In this document: positions 10,122-19,536 of the stretch, piece by piece
Numbering within the stretch: the stretch's first letter is position 1
Layout of the letters: every line of letters begins with the position of its first letter
From: an uncultured Actinomycetota bacterium
GTDB taxonomy: Bacteria; Actinomycetota; Humimicrobiia; Humimicrobiales; Humimicrobiaceae
Direction of reading: 5' to 3'
DNA length: 64,000 nucleotides
Assembly (NCBI GenBank): GCA_964601205.1
Contig: CAZRML010000020.1
Span: 2,291-66,290 of the forward strand
Program-made: the position numbers and the translations under genes
The notes under the pieces: model-generated
The model's database searches: none
What the model was told of the DNA's origin: nothing
Seen by the model: only the letters and a program-made list of their open reading frames with translations

Positions 10122-10496
10122 ATGAAATTTAGGGATACCGATAGAAAATTTTTTTATATTCTTATAGTTATTCTTGCCATCAGCATTAATCTACTGAGTA
10201 TAATTGCGGGAAAATATATAGGCATGAATCTCGAACTCTCAAGGGTTTTTGCCTTCTGGCTGTCTGTGATGGTTCTGACTTACGGCCTTAAATTTGTGTT
10301 ATGGTTTATCCTGCACAGGAAGTTTAAGCTCTCCTTTATATATCCGCTTCTGAGCTTAAATTACTTTTTTTCTTTGTTCCTGGGCAAAATTTTATTTGCC
10401 GAGCCCGTTACTTTAAAAAAAATTATCGGTTCGGCTGTTATAGTGGCAGGAGTTTTTATTATAACCATGTCCAGTAAGAAGCTGGAAGGGGTATAA
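10122..10496 (+). CDS. SMR/EamA-like 4-TM transporter (ArnE/ArnF-like flippase subunit)
   Basis: 124 aa, 4 TMs, LS..YPL.SL.Y, F.E.VT..K.IG...I..GV. Confidence 0.75.
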   Translation: MKFRDTDRKFFYILIVILAISINLLSIIAGKYIGMNLELSRVFAFWLSVMVLTYGLKFVLWFILHRKFKLSFIYPLLSLNYFFSLFLGKILFAEPVTLKKIIGSAVIVAGVFIITMSSKKLEGV

Positions 10497-10499
10497 ATT

Positions 10500-10838
10500 A
10501 TGCTTTATATTTTTTTGGCGGTTGTAACTCAATTTCTTGTTGCCCTGGCCCAGGTTATACTCAAAATAGGAGCAAAAAAGGTAGATTTCAGGAAGCCCTT
10601 TACCTGCAATTTTAAGAATAAGTATCTTTTAATAAGCATATTTTTGTTTTTACTCGTTCCGGTTCTTTCCATAATCACCATGAGAGTGATTGATTTTTCA
10701 AATTTTTATTCCTTTACGGCACTGAGCTACTTTTTTATAATGTTATTTTCATGGTGTATTCTCAGAGAAGATATTGACAGGTTAAGAATTGCGGGCAATA
10801 TCCTGGTTATTGCCGGAGTTATAATATTTAATCTGTAA
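10500..10838 (+). CDS. SMR/EamA-like 4-TM transporter (partner subunit)
   Basis: 112 aa, AQV.LK.GA, Y...ALSY, L.E....RI.G..L...GV. Confidence 0.75.
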   Translation: MLYIFLAVVTQFLVALAQVILKIGAKKVDFRKPFTCNFKNKYLLISIFLFLLVPVLSIITMRVIDFSNFYSFTALSYFFIMLFSWCILREDIDRLRIAGNILVIAGVIIFNL

Positions 10839-10885
10839 ATGTCGGTTTTTAAGTTTTTAAATTAAAAAATAAAAGGAAGTATATA

Positions 10886-12778
10886 TTGGAGAAGGTTAAA
10901 GCATTCATAACAGGAAAACAGGCAGTTATATTATCAATTCTTTCTTTTGCTGTTCCCCTGGTTATTTATCTTATGACTCTGGAACGTAAACTAATAGGCG
11001 GGGATACGGCATGGTACGCTCTTCAGGTTACCGAAATGAGTCTTATGGTTCCTACCGGATATCCGGTTTTTTCCATGCTGGAAAAGTTTTTTACCTTACT
11101 GCCGGTTGGAGATATAGCTTACAGGCTCAATCTTTTTTCAGCAATATTCGGCGCACTTACTATTTTATTTTTATTCCTATCAATTAATAAACTGGTAAAA
11201 AATGGAATGGTAAGCTTTATAAGTTCAATGATGTTTGCTTTTGCCGTGCCTTTCTGGGAAGTGGCAAACAGGCTGGAATTTGATACATTACAGACTTTTT
11301 TTATGACTTTATTGTTTTTTTCGGCTATTACCTATAATGAGAATAAAACCAGAAAGTATCTTTATTTTTTTGCTTTCTGCCTGGGGTTAAGTTTAACCAA
11401 CCACCCTCTTGTTTTTTTCCTGGTCCCGGCCATTATTTTATATGTTATTATTGTGAATCCGGGGATTTTTAAAAGCGCAAAGGCAATTATAATAAGCATA
11501 TTATATTTTGTTCTGCCTCTTTTATCATACCTGTATCTTCCCATAAGGTCGCTCCAGGGTTATGGGGAAGTAACCGGCCCTTTAAAATTTTTATATTATA
11601 TAACCGGAAGGGGTGTAACCGGGGAAGTCCATGGAGGAAGTTTTGGGTACAAGAGCATTTCATTAATTTTTAAGGTAATTAAAGATTATCTCGGCATGTT
11701 TTATGAAAGTTATGGTATCCTGCTTCTTATCATAGCACTTATTGGATTTATCATTCTGGTCAAAAAGAATGTAAAATTTGCCCTGTGCACATTTTTACTG
11801 GTGATTATAAACTTTGTTTTTCCTCCATTATATGCAGGTCATGCACTGAGAAATTATTTACTGTATTCAATGATTGTATTTTCTTTTTATATTGCTTCCG
11901 GGTTGCTGTTTATACTGGATGGGGTGATTCTGCTGTTTAATAAGTCATTAATGGGAAGGAAGGCTCTGAGGATTGATAAATTCTTAAAATATTTTCTGGT
12001 CACTATTATATTATTGTTTTTTCTTTTTATACCGGCCGGCCTGATAATAGAAAATTATCCTTCGCTTGACCATTCAGAGGTTTCTTACGTTTATAAATTC
12101 TGGGATGAAGCGTTTAAGAATATGGAAAGTAATTCCAGGGTGTATACCCTGGCTAAATCAACCAATATCGGGATGTTTGTGGATAAATACGAGCATGGAG
12201 ACAAAAACATAGAATATATATCTCATAAGGTGCCGGAATATACGGCAAGCAATATGACGAAAGCTCTTGAAGATGGTATTACAGTATATTATGTGGGCAA
12301 TGAAGAGGTATTAAAAAAATTATTTAATGCCGAGCAGGTAGGTAAAAGCTATTTATGGAGCAGGTATGATGAATGGTTAAGACTATTCAGGGTTACTGAA
12401 CCTGCAGCGTCTATTCCTGAAATTAGCTACTTTAGCGATAGTTATACCAGAAGGTTCGGGGAGGAATTCACCATTGAATATATTGTCAGGAATAAGAATA
12501 AAGAAAGAATTAAGATTACATCACTGGAGCTCGAGCTTCCTGAAAATATTAAATTCATAGAGACTTCCCCCGGAGGGTATATCAGCCAGGGCCCCGGCCT
12601 GAGCCAGGGCATATATATGTGGGTAGGTGATTCATATGTCATAGAGGGTGGGGAAGAGATAAACTTAATTGTAAAACTAAAAGGAACTGCGCCCGGTGAG
12701 TCATTTATAAAATTTAGACTGACAACCGGCGGGTTTTACGTTGACTGTGAAAGTGCAGGGATAGAAATAAAAGATTAA
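10886..12778 (+). CDS. DUF2723 / TMEM260-like GT-C membrane glycosyltransferase with C-terminal Ig-like domain
   Basis: GD after TM1, P.GYP, LP.G.IAYR.NL.SA.FGA, GL.L.NH, YLYLPIRS; about 11 TMs. Confidence 0.8.
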   Translation: MEKVKAFITGKQAVILSILSFAVPLVIYLMTLERKLIGGDTAWYALQVTEMSLMVPTGYPVFSMLEKFFTLLPVGDIAYRLNLFSAIFGALTILFLFLSINKLVKNGMVSFISSMMFAFAVPFWEVANRLEFDTLQTFFMTLLFFSAITYNENKTRKYLYFFAFCLGLSLTNHPLVFFLVPAIILYVIIVNPGIFKSAKAIIISILYFVLPLLSYLYLPIRSLQGYGEVTGPLKFLYYITGRGVTGEVHGGSFGYKSISLIFKVIKDYLGMFYESYGILLLIIALIGFIILVKKNVKFALCTFLLVIINFVFPPLYAGHALRNYLLYSMIVFSFYIASGLLFILDGVILLFNKSLMGRKALRIDKFLKYFLVTIILLFFLFIPAGLIIENYPSLDHSEVSYVYKFWDEAFKNMESNSRVYTLAKSTNIGMFVDKYEHGDKNIEYISHKVPEYTASNMTKALEDGITVYYVGNEEVLKKLFNAEQVGKSYLWSRYDEWLRLFRVTEPAASIPEISYFSDSYTRRFGEEFTIEYIVRNKNKERIKITSLELELPENIKFIETSPGGYISQGPGLSQGIYMWVGDSYVIEGGEEINLIVKLKGTAPGESFIKFRLTTGGFYVDCESAGIEIKD

Positions 12779-12888
12779 ATTAAAAAGAATCAACCTGGAT
12801 TTATTAGTTTGTTAGATTTATTCTGATATATTGATAAAAATAAGGCAGGTAGATAGACAAAGTAAAAAGATGGAAGTATATAATAGTT

Positions 12889-14484
12889 GTGATGAAAAAA
12901 TTCATTAAAGAGAATAATATGAAAGTTTTATTTGCTTTTATAATAATTTTTCCGGTAATTTTTACCGGCTGTTCTGGTTTTGGGCAGGTTATAAGCAGCG
13001 GTGATGGTGGCGCCAGTTCGTCCGGAGAGGAGCCATTGCCATCATTTTCCGGTTCTTATATAGAACTAATTGACGCAAATGGCGGAAATACATATGGTGG
13101 TGAAGATGTAAAGGTAAAAATAAGTGTGGTAAATAGCGGCAGTGCGGAAGCAAAAAATGTGGAAGTTAATCTTATAACTCACGACCTGTTTGAACCAGGC
13201 ATTGGGCGGACATCATGGAATATAGATGTTCTTGGAGCAGGGGAAGAAAGTAATTTTGTCACCGGTCTGACTTTAATAGATGATATAAATGAGGACACCA
13301 GGGCTGAGGTCGGGCTGGAGATATCTTCAGATGAAGTAGACTCTTTTATAGGTCCTGATTGTAAAATGCTGGTTTACAGTGAAAGAAAATTTGATGGAGG
13401 TTTTATTCCCATAATAGGCATGCATGCCATAGAGGATCATATTGAAGAGCCGATAGAGCTTTATACCGGTCACTTTGATAAACTGTGCGGCGTATTGAAA
13501 GAATATGGTTATGAAACTATTACATTAAATGAACTTTTAGATTATATAGATTACGGAAAATCGCTTCCTGAAAAACCAATAATCATAACATCCGATGACG
13601 GATTTCAGGATGTTTATACCAATGGGTTCCCCATTCTTAAAAAGTACGGGTACAGGATGACTGTATTTCTGGTAACCGGCGCAGTTGGAGAGAGCGAAGC
13701 TGATAGAAAAACAAATGCATATTTTGAGAAAGAGATAGATAATGACCGGCCCATACGACCGATACTTATATGGCCCGAGATTGAAGAAATGTATGAATAT
13801 GGTTGTGAGTTTCAATCCCATACAGTAAATCATGTCAGGCTGGGGATTGCTGACGATGAGGAAATTTTATATGAACTTACCCGATCAAAAGAGGATATTG
13901 AATCCCATCTGGGAAATGAAGTTTTATTTGTTGCGCTGCCAAAGGGAAATTATAATCCTGATAAGACACTTTTATTTGCTGAGGCCGGCTACAGGGGTTC
14001 GTTAAGGCATGCCGGCGGAGCAGAGGATACAGAATCAATTGACCTCTTTAATATGAAGAGAGTGGAGTTTAACAGCCTGATTTCTCCAGACCAGTATGTT
14101 AATTATTTAAATCTGGATAGAAGTATTGAAATTAGCTATGAGGCTGGAGATAGAATAAGAAAAGAGGGAGAAGAATTTATCATAGAATTTAATATAAAAA
14201 ATACCGGCGAAGATTGGGCTAAAATTACTTCACTGGAGCTTGAGCTTCCGGATAACATTGAGCTGACCGGAATCAGCCCTGAAGGATATATAAAACAATA
14301 TCCGGGTTTGAGTGAAGGTATATATATGTGGGTAAGCGATTCATATATTGTAGATAGTAATGGCCAGATTAATTTAATGGTTAAAGTCAGGGGCACCGAT
14401 TCCGGGCAGTCTGTTGTAAAATTCAGGGCAACTTACAAAAATAATTATATTAATTGTGATGATATTGAAATAGAAATAAGATAG
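12889..14484 (+). CDS. polysaccharide deacetylase (NodB/CE4) lipoprotein flanked by Ig-like domains
   Basis: Lipobox FTG-C; K..IITSDDG, SHTVNH, P.G.Y motifs; beta-rich N- and C-terminal domains; ATG 12919 is an alternative start. Confidence 0.82.
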   Translation: MMKKFIKENNMKVLFAFIIIFPVIFTGCSGFGQVISSGDGGASSSGEEPLPSFSGSYIELIDANGGNTYGGEDVKVKISVVNSGSAEAKNVEVNLITHDLFEPGIGRTSWNIDVLGAGEESNFVTGLTLIDDINEDTRAEVGLEISSDEVDSFIGPDCKMLVYSERKFDGGFIPIIGMHAIEDHIEEPIELYTGHFDKLCGVLKEYGYETITLNELLDYIDYGKSLPEKPIIITSDDGFQDVYTNGFPILKKYGYRMTVFLVTGAVGESEADRKTNAYFEKEIDNDRPIRPILIWPEIEEMYEYGCEFQSHTVNHVRLGIADDEEILYELTRSKEDIESHLGNEVLFVALPKGNYNPDKTLLFAEAGYRGSLRHAGGAEDTESIDLFNMKRVEFNSLISPDQYVNYLNLDRSIEISYEAGDRIRKEGEEFIIEFNIKNTGEDWAKITSLELELPDNIELTGISPEGYIKQYPGLSEGIYMWVSDSYIVDSNGQINLMVKVRGTDSGQSVVKFRATYKNNYINCDDIEIEIR

Positions 14485-14588
14485 AAAACCCGCTCAAATA
14501 AAACTTTATCTAAAGGTCAGCTTTTTGTTATAATATTGGAATTGTTTTTAAAGAATTTAATGGTGATAAGAATAATGGTGTATTAATA

Positions 14589-16427
14589 ATGAAGATAATT
14601 GAAAAAATACTGGATTATTTAAAAAGAAATAAAAAGTGGGTTTTTATTATGGCCGGTTCTCTGGTCATAGCTGCAGGAGCTTTTTTAATTTATTATTTTA
14701 AATTCTATCTGACGGAACCCAATTTTGATGATGAAAATTTTAATTATGTATACAGCGATACAGGAGATAATATAAAGCCGGGGGACAGGATTACTTATGC
14801 AGTAAATTACAAAAATACGGGTAACAGGAATGTAAGCAAACTGGTTATAGAAGTTAATTTGCCGGAACATACTTCCTTTGTGTCTTCGGACCGCAGTGAC
14901 GTTTTAAACATTGCCGGGGACGGGAAAAAACTGGGTTTTAACATTGGAGAGGTTAAGAAGAACGAGAGAGACACCCTGTGTTTTGTGGTGGAAGTAAATA
15001 GCCCGCTGGATGATGGTACTGTAATCATGCTGGATAAAGTGAATTTTAATTACATTATAGGGAAAGAGACGTTTAATAATACCCTGAGCCCCGTTCTGAC
15101 CACCGAAGTTGAAAGCAGCCCTGATTTGAGTAGCTTCAGTGTAGAAGCTGTAGATGAGAATGGCGGGGTCATTATGCTGGGTGATATCCTGAAGTATAAT
15201 TTAACAGTGAAAAATGATGGCGATATGAGTGCATCCGGTGTTGAACTAAAAAGTAATATATCTGAATATACAGACATAATTGAAGATTCTATTACCGGCC
15301 AGGGGGAATATAAAAATAACAGCGTGCTATGGGAAATTGACAACTTAGAAGTGAATACAAAAAGGGTTCTTTCCTTTAAGGTCAGGGTGAAAGAAGACTT
15401 AATGGGCGAAGAAGTTATAACCAGTGAAAGTATTTTAAAGTACGGGTCAATTGTAATAGAAAAAAAAGTGGAAGAAAAACTGAGCCTGTTCTCTGATTTA
15501 GCTACATCGGAAAACTACATATACGATACAAATGGAGGCAATCTATACCCGGGAGAGACTATAAGTGTAAAAATTATTGTCAGAAACACCGGTATAAAGA
15601 AAGAAGAAAATTATAGTGTTATCTGTCCCACGCCGGAAGGGGCTACTTACGTCAGCCGATCAGGTATCGCTGAGGGAATAAGTTGGAGTGATGATATAAG
15701 GGGGCTTATATGGGACCTTGAGAACCTGGGTGTTGAAGAGGAAAAAGAGATTACTTTTAGGATAAAGGTGAACGAAAATCTTGCTAATTCAGGCGGTACA
15801 ATAACCACTCATTTTAAAATTGAAAGCAGCAATGCGGTTATTGAACTGCAGCCTAAAAGCCTGAATGTAACGGGAAACGCAAGGGTTAATATTGTAGCCA
15901 TAGGTGATTCACTGATAGCAAAATCAAACTGGGTGCAGACATTTGACCAGCTTCTGGAGGCTAATTATCCTTATGCAGAGTATAATACAATTGCCAGTGC
16001 TAAGAACGGCGAGTTAACCCGTGAGGGGTATGCAAGATTTGACAGCACCGTTGCTGTACATAATCCTGATATAGTTATAATTGCCTATGGAACCAATGAT
16101 GTGGGTCCCCGTTATTCCGGATTCTCGGTTAGCATGGAGGGCCTGATTGTAAAAGCAAAAAGCCTCGGCGCAAGAGTATTTGTTAACCTTATCGGGCCAC
16201 TGAACTGGCCGGAAAAAGAAAATTATGCTAAATATAATGACACAATAAGGCAGATTGCTGCAAAGCACGGTGCAGTGGTTATAGATGTTACAACTCCGCT
16301 TTCACAGAATCCCGGCGGGTATCTAAGTGATGGCATGCACTACAGTTCAGCAGGTGCTTCGGTTGTGGCGCATACAGTATACAGTTATGTTTCCCAGTAT
16401 CTCGGCAGCATCGGACAGAGACTTTAA
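14589..16427 (+). CDS. membrane-anchored protein with three DUF11-like Ig repeats and a C-terminal SGNH/GDSL hydrolase domain
   Basis: N-terminal TM; repeats PGD.ITY....KNTG; SGNH blocks GDSL, GTND, DGMH. Confidence 0.82.
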   Translation: MKIIEKILDYLKRNKKWVFIMAGSLVIAAGAFLIYYFKFYLTEPNFDDENFNYVYSDTGDNIKPGDRITYAVNYKNTGNRNVSKLVIEVNLPEHTSFVSSDRSDVLNIAGDGKKLGFNIGEVKKNERDTLCFVVEVNSPLDDGTVIMLDKVNFNYIIGKETFNNTLSPVLTTEVESSPDLSSFSVEAVDENGGVIMLGDILKYNLTVKNDGDMSASGVELKSNISEYTDIIEDSITGQGEYKNNSVLWEIDNLEVNTKRVLSFKVRVKEDLMGEEVITSESILKYGSIVIEKKVEEKLSLFSDLATSENYIYDTNGGNLYPGETISVKIIVRNTGIKKEENYSVICPTPEGATYVSRSGIAEGISWSDDIRGLIWDLENLGVEEEKEITFRIKVNENLANSGGTITTHFKIESSNAVIELQPKSLNVTGNARVNIVAIGDSLIAKSNWVQTFDQLLEANYPYAEYNTIASAKNGELTREGYARFDSTVAVHNPDIVIIAYGTNDVGPRYSGFSVSMEGLIVKAKSLGARVFVNLIGPLNWPEKENYAKYNDTIRQIAAKHGAVVIDVTTPLSQNPGGYLSDGMHYSSAGASVVAHTVYSYVSQYLGSIGQRL

Positions 16428-16544
16428 TTTATGGGACAGGAGATAGTCTGGCTGTAGAAGATATGCGACCTTATTAATTATTAAAATAATCAGAGTATAA
16501 TTAATATATTGGAAGAGCAAGACCAGGCAGGAAGGAGATAGATT

Positions 16545-17075
16545 TTGAGAGTTTTTTTAATAGTTTTTTCTTTTATTAATGCTGTTTTTTATGTTTTTAT
16601 TTATTCTTATTTTGATAAGATTCTGGAGATTCTTGAAGGATTGGATATATCAGCAATAGCAACAAATTATATTAAACTGGCGGCCCTATTAATTGTCGGG
16701 TTCTGTATAGGTGTAATAGTGATGCTTGTATTAAAATTAAAACTAAAAAGAAGCCTTTTTAGTTTTAAGAACCTGGTGATAGTCGGTTTTTTCCCTTTTA
16801 TCTGTATGGTGCTGTCTGAAGGTACAATTACCAGCTTTATTATTAATAAATTTTTTAACTCCAGTGAAAGATTGAGTGAGCTTGCATTTTATCTTTTCTC
16901 AAGGCAGACTATATGGTCCATATGGCTGGGCTTTTCTATAGGTTCATCAATCCGATTCAGTTTTCCCGGAAGAAAATACAGACATGTTTCAATTGAAGGA
17001 AAAGAAAAAGCAGAATTTCCATCACTTGCTAGGGAGTCTGATACAGAAAAACAGGGTCATAAGCACTTCCAGTAA
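16545..17075 (+). CDS. hypothetical 4-TM membrane protein (paralog of 19030..19491)
   Basis: TTG start with SD AAGGAG; hydrophobic; SELAFY.FSR.T.W..WLG.S.G.S.R motif shared with its paralog. Confidence 0.75.
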   Translation: MRVFLIVFSFINAVFYVFIYSYFDKILEILEGLDISAIATNYIKLAALLIVGFCIGVIVMLVLKLKLKRSLFSFKNLVIVGFFPFICMVLSEGTITSFIINKFFNSSERLSELAFYLFSRQTIWSIWLGFSIGSSIRFSFPGRKYRHVSIEGKEKAEFPSLARESDTEKQGHKHFQ

Positions 17076-18795
17076 TACTGGTAAGTCTCTTTAGGTTTGA
17101 ACCATCGGCATTGACTATAAATATTTCAAGCTGGCCGTCAGCAGTGCCCTCGAAGGTTATATATTTATTATCCGGAGATATGTCAGGGTGCCTGCTGTTT
17201 GAGAGGTTCCCGCTGATTTTTTGTAAATTTTCTCCATTGATATTTATAGTATAAACGGATTCATTGTCACTAAAAACAATAGTTTCTCCATCAATGGAAA
17301 TTGCAGGGACCCTCTGTCTCATGTCTGCGTCTGATATCTGTTTAATATTAGTACCGTCATAGTCCATCATATATATTTTTTCATTCCTTGACGCCCCTGA
17401 TTCAAAAATGACTCTGTACTGGAAAGGATGACCGTAAGGATGCCAGTCCGGGACGTTCGGATTAAATGTAATTCTCTTCATATCGCTTCCATCACTGTTC
17501 ATCCTGTATATTTCATAGTCGCCCTCTATGTATGCTTCAAAGAAAATATATCTTCCATCAAAGGACCAGGCGGGATACCCGCTTCTCCATGGATTGTAGG
17601 TAAGCTGCTCCTTTTCGGTTCCATCCCAGTTCATAACTATTATCTGCCAGACACCATTAATATCTGAAGTATAGGCAATTTTTTTACCATCGGGTGAAAC
17701 AGCAGGATAATTATCTTTTCCGGAATAATCTGTCAGCTGCATAAGTTCGGTGCCATCTATGTTCATACTGAATATATCCTCGTTTCCATTTTTGCTGGAA
17801 GTAAATACTATCTTTCTGGTCGAATATTCTGTATCGGGGTCCCTTGGTCTGCCTCCGGTGATGTGGTCTTTATTTATTGCCCAGCCGCTTATCTCTATGG
17901 ATTCGTTGCTCAGGTTAGCCTGTGCTGAAATTATAGCCATGGATTCCTTCTTTTCACCTTCTATTACAATATTTCTTAAGCCCAGGTTATATGTTCCTGA
18001 AGTAGAGAAAGAGTAAATATACAGAGTGTTTTCGCTGCCGGCTTCAAGATTACTACCGTCAAAATTTAATAAATATCCGGAACTGGTATAACCGGCGTTT
18101 CCAAAAGCGCCGGCTACATCCTGTCTTTCAATTCCATAGTCTACTTCACCGGCGGGCTTCCCGAATCCTTCAGGCCCGTTTAAATATATTTCAATACGGT
18201 CAATACCGGGGTCACTTTGCTGGCTGAGATCAACTGACCAGCCTGAAATTTTAATATTCGATTTATCAGCTTCTTTTATTATTTCATTGTGGGAAGGGTC
18301 ATCTATAGATAGTCTGATATTTTCGTCTGTCTCTTCGCTGCCCGGGATGCTAACCTTCTGGCGGGTATGACTCCATCCATATTCTGGTATCAGAACATAG
18401 ATATAAAGGTAATGGGTAGAGCCGGGCTCAAAGGTGTATGCTCTGTTTTTTTCGGCCAGGAGGAAACCGCTTTCTGAGAATTCCCCCCCATAGATATTAT
18501 AGGCTTCCGGGGAGGTCATACCATATTTTGCTTCTCCCAGCAGTATGCCATTATTCCTGTCACCATCAAGATATATCTCTATTACTGCGATTTCATCCTC
18601 TTTCACTTCCTGAACCGGTTCTTCTTCAACTACAGGCTCTGGCTCCTCTTCTTCAACTATGGGTTCGCCTGTTTCAGGCCCGGCAGTTTCTTCTTTATCA
18701 GTAGTTCCTGACCCGGTATATTTTAAGACTATAAAACCGAGGAATATAACAGCTATCAGGAGCAAAACTATAATAATTGTAGTTACTGTTCTCAT
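17029..18795 (-). CDS. membrane-anchored protein with Ig-like repeats and TolB-like (PD40) beta-propeller
   Basis: N-terminal TM, acidic linker, repeated P..SPDG..I.F/Y and I..MN.DG....QLT blades. Confidence 0.82.
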   Translation of the reverse strand: MRTVTTIIIVLLLIAVIFLGFIVLKYTGSGTTDKEETAGPETGEPIVEEEEPEPVVEEEPVQEVKEDEIAVIEIYLDGDRNNGILLGEAKYGMTSPEAYNIYGGEFSESGFLLAEKNRAYTFEPGSTHYLYIYVLIPEYGWSHTRQKVSIPGSEETDENIRLSIDDPSHNEIIKEADKSNIKISGWSVDLSQQSDPGIDRIEIYLNGPEGFGKPAGEVDYGIERQDVAGAFGNAGYTSSGYLLNFDGSNLEAGSENTLYIYSFSTSGTYNLGLRNIVIEGEKKESMAIISAQANLSNESIEISGWAINKDHITGGRPRDPDTEYSTRKIVFTSSKNGNEDIFSMNIDGTELMQLTDYSGKDNYPAVSPDGKKIAYTSDINGVWQIIVMNWDGTEKEQLTYNPWRSGYPAWSFDGRYIFFEAYIEGDYEIYRMNSDGSDMKRITFNPNVPDWHPYGHPFQYRVIFESGASRNEKIYMMDYDGTNIKQISDADMRQRVPAISIDGETIVFSDNESVYTININGENLQKISGNLSNSRHPDISPDNKYITFEGTADGQLEIFIVNADGSNLKRLTSITGSAYDPVFLYQTP

Positions 18796-19029
18796 TTTGT
18801 TTTATACCTTTTTATCTATATATTACAGATTATAGGATTTGGACGTTAAGATTGATTTAAATACACTGATAATAATTATAAACTATAAATGCATTTAATA
18901 TATTTTTAAGTTTTAGAGTATAACAGAATACAATATTAATTGAAATTAGTATTTTTTTAAGTTAACATCTGGTTATCAGTTATTTTAGAAAAAAATGATA
19001 TAAATGGAAAGAAGACTGCGGATAAAAAA

Positions 19030-19491
19030 ATGAGAATTTTTCTTATCATATTTAGTTTTATAAATATAATTCTCTATTATACCGCTTTTGCATATTTTGA
19101 TAATATCACCGGTGCACTGGCAGCTTACAGCCTGCCTGCCGGTTTTTTAAGTTTTTTGAGGCTTATTATAATTCTCATTCTCGGGTTTATGATTGGATTA
19201 CTGATAATTATCAGTATGAGGCCGATAGTAAATAGGAATTATTTTGACATAAAAACATTTTTGATTTCAGGCTGTATACCTGCTATTGCTCTATTGCTGT
19301 ATAAAACTGGTCTGGTGAATATAGCAGTAACTGAACTGTTTGATTCCAATCTTACTATTTCAGAGCTTGCTTTTTATTTCTTCTCCAGGGAAACTGTCTG
19401 GGGCCTGTGGCTTGGGATTTCCATGGGTACATCGGTTAGATTAAAACTAGGAACTTCAAGCAAAAGGTTCAGGCATCAGGTTGCCGATTAA
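19030..19491 (+). CDS. hypothetical 4-TM membrane protein (paralog of 16545..17075)
   Basis: MRIFLIIFSFIN vs MRVFLIVFSFIN; SELAFYFFSRETVWGLWLG. Confidence 0.75.
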   Translation: MRIFLIIFSFINIILYYTAFAYFDNITGALAAYSLPAGFLSFLRLIIILILGFMIGLLIIISMRPIVNRNYFDIKTFLISGCIPAIALLLYKTGLVNIAVTELFDSNLTISELAFYFFSRETVWGLWLGISMGTSVRLKLGTSSKRFRHQVAD

Positions 19492-19536
19492 ATGCAATGC
19501 AGTGGACCCGGAAGATATATTAAGCTGCAAAAGATA

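Noticed and set aside
12442-14396. Two similar antisense ORFs (12442..12642 and 14136..14396) that look like a gene family
   Set aside because: They are shadows of the shared C-terminal domain on the plus strand
18615-18665. Short direct repeat TCTTCTTCAACTA
   Set aside because: It encodes the acidic VEEE linker of the propeller protein; not CRISPR or regulatory
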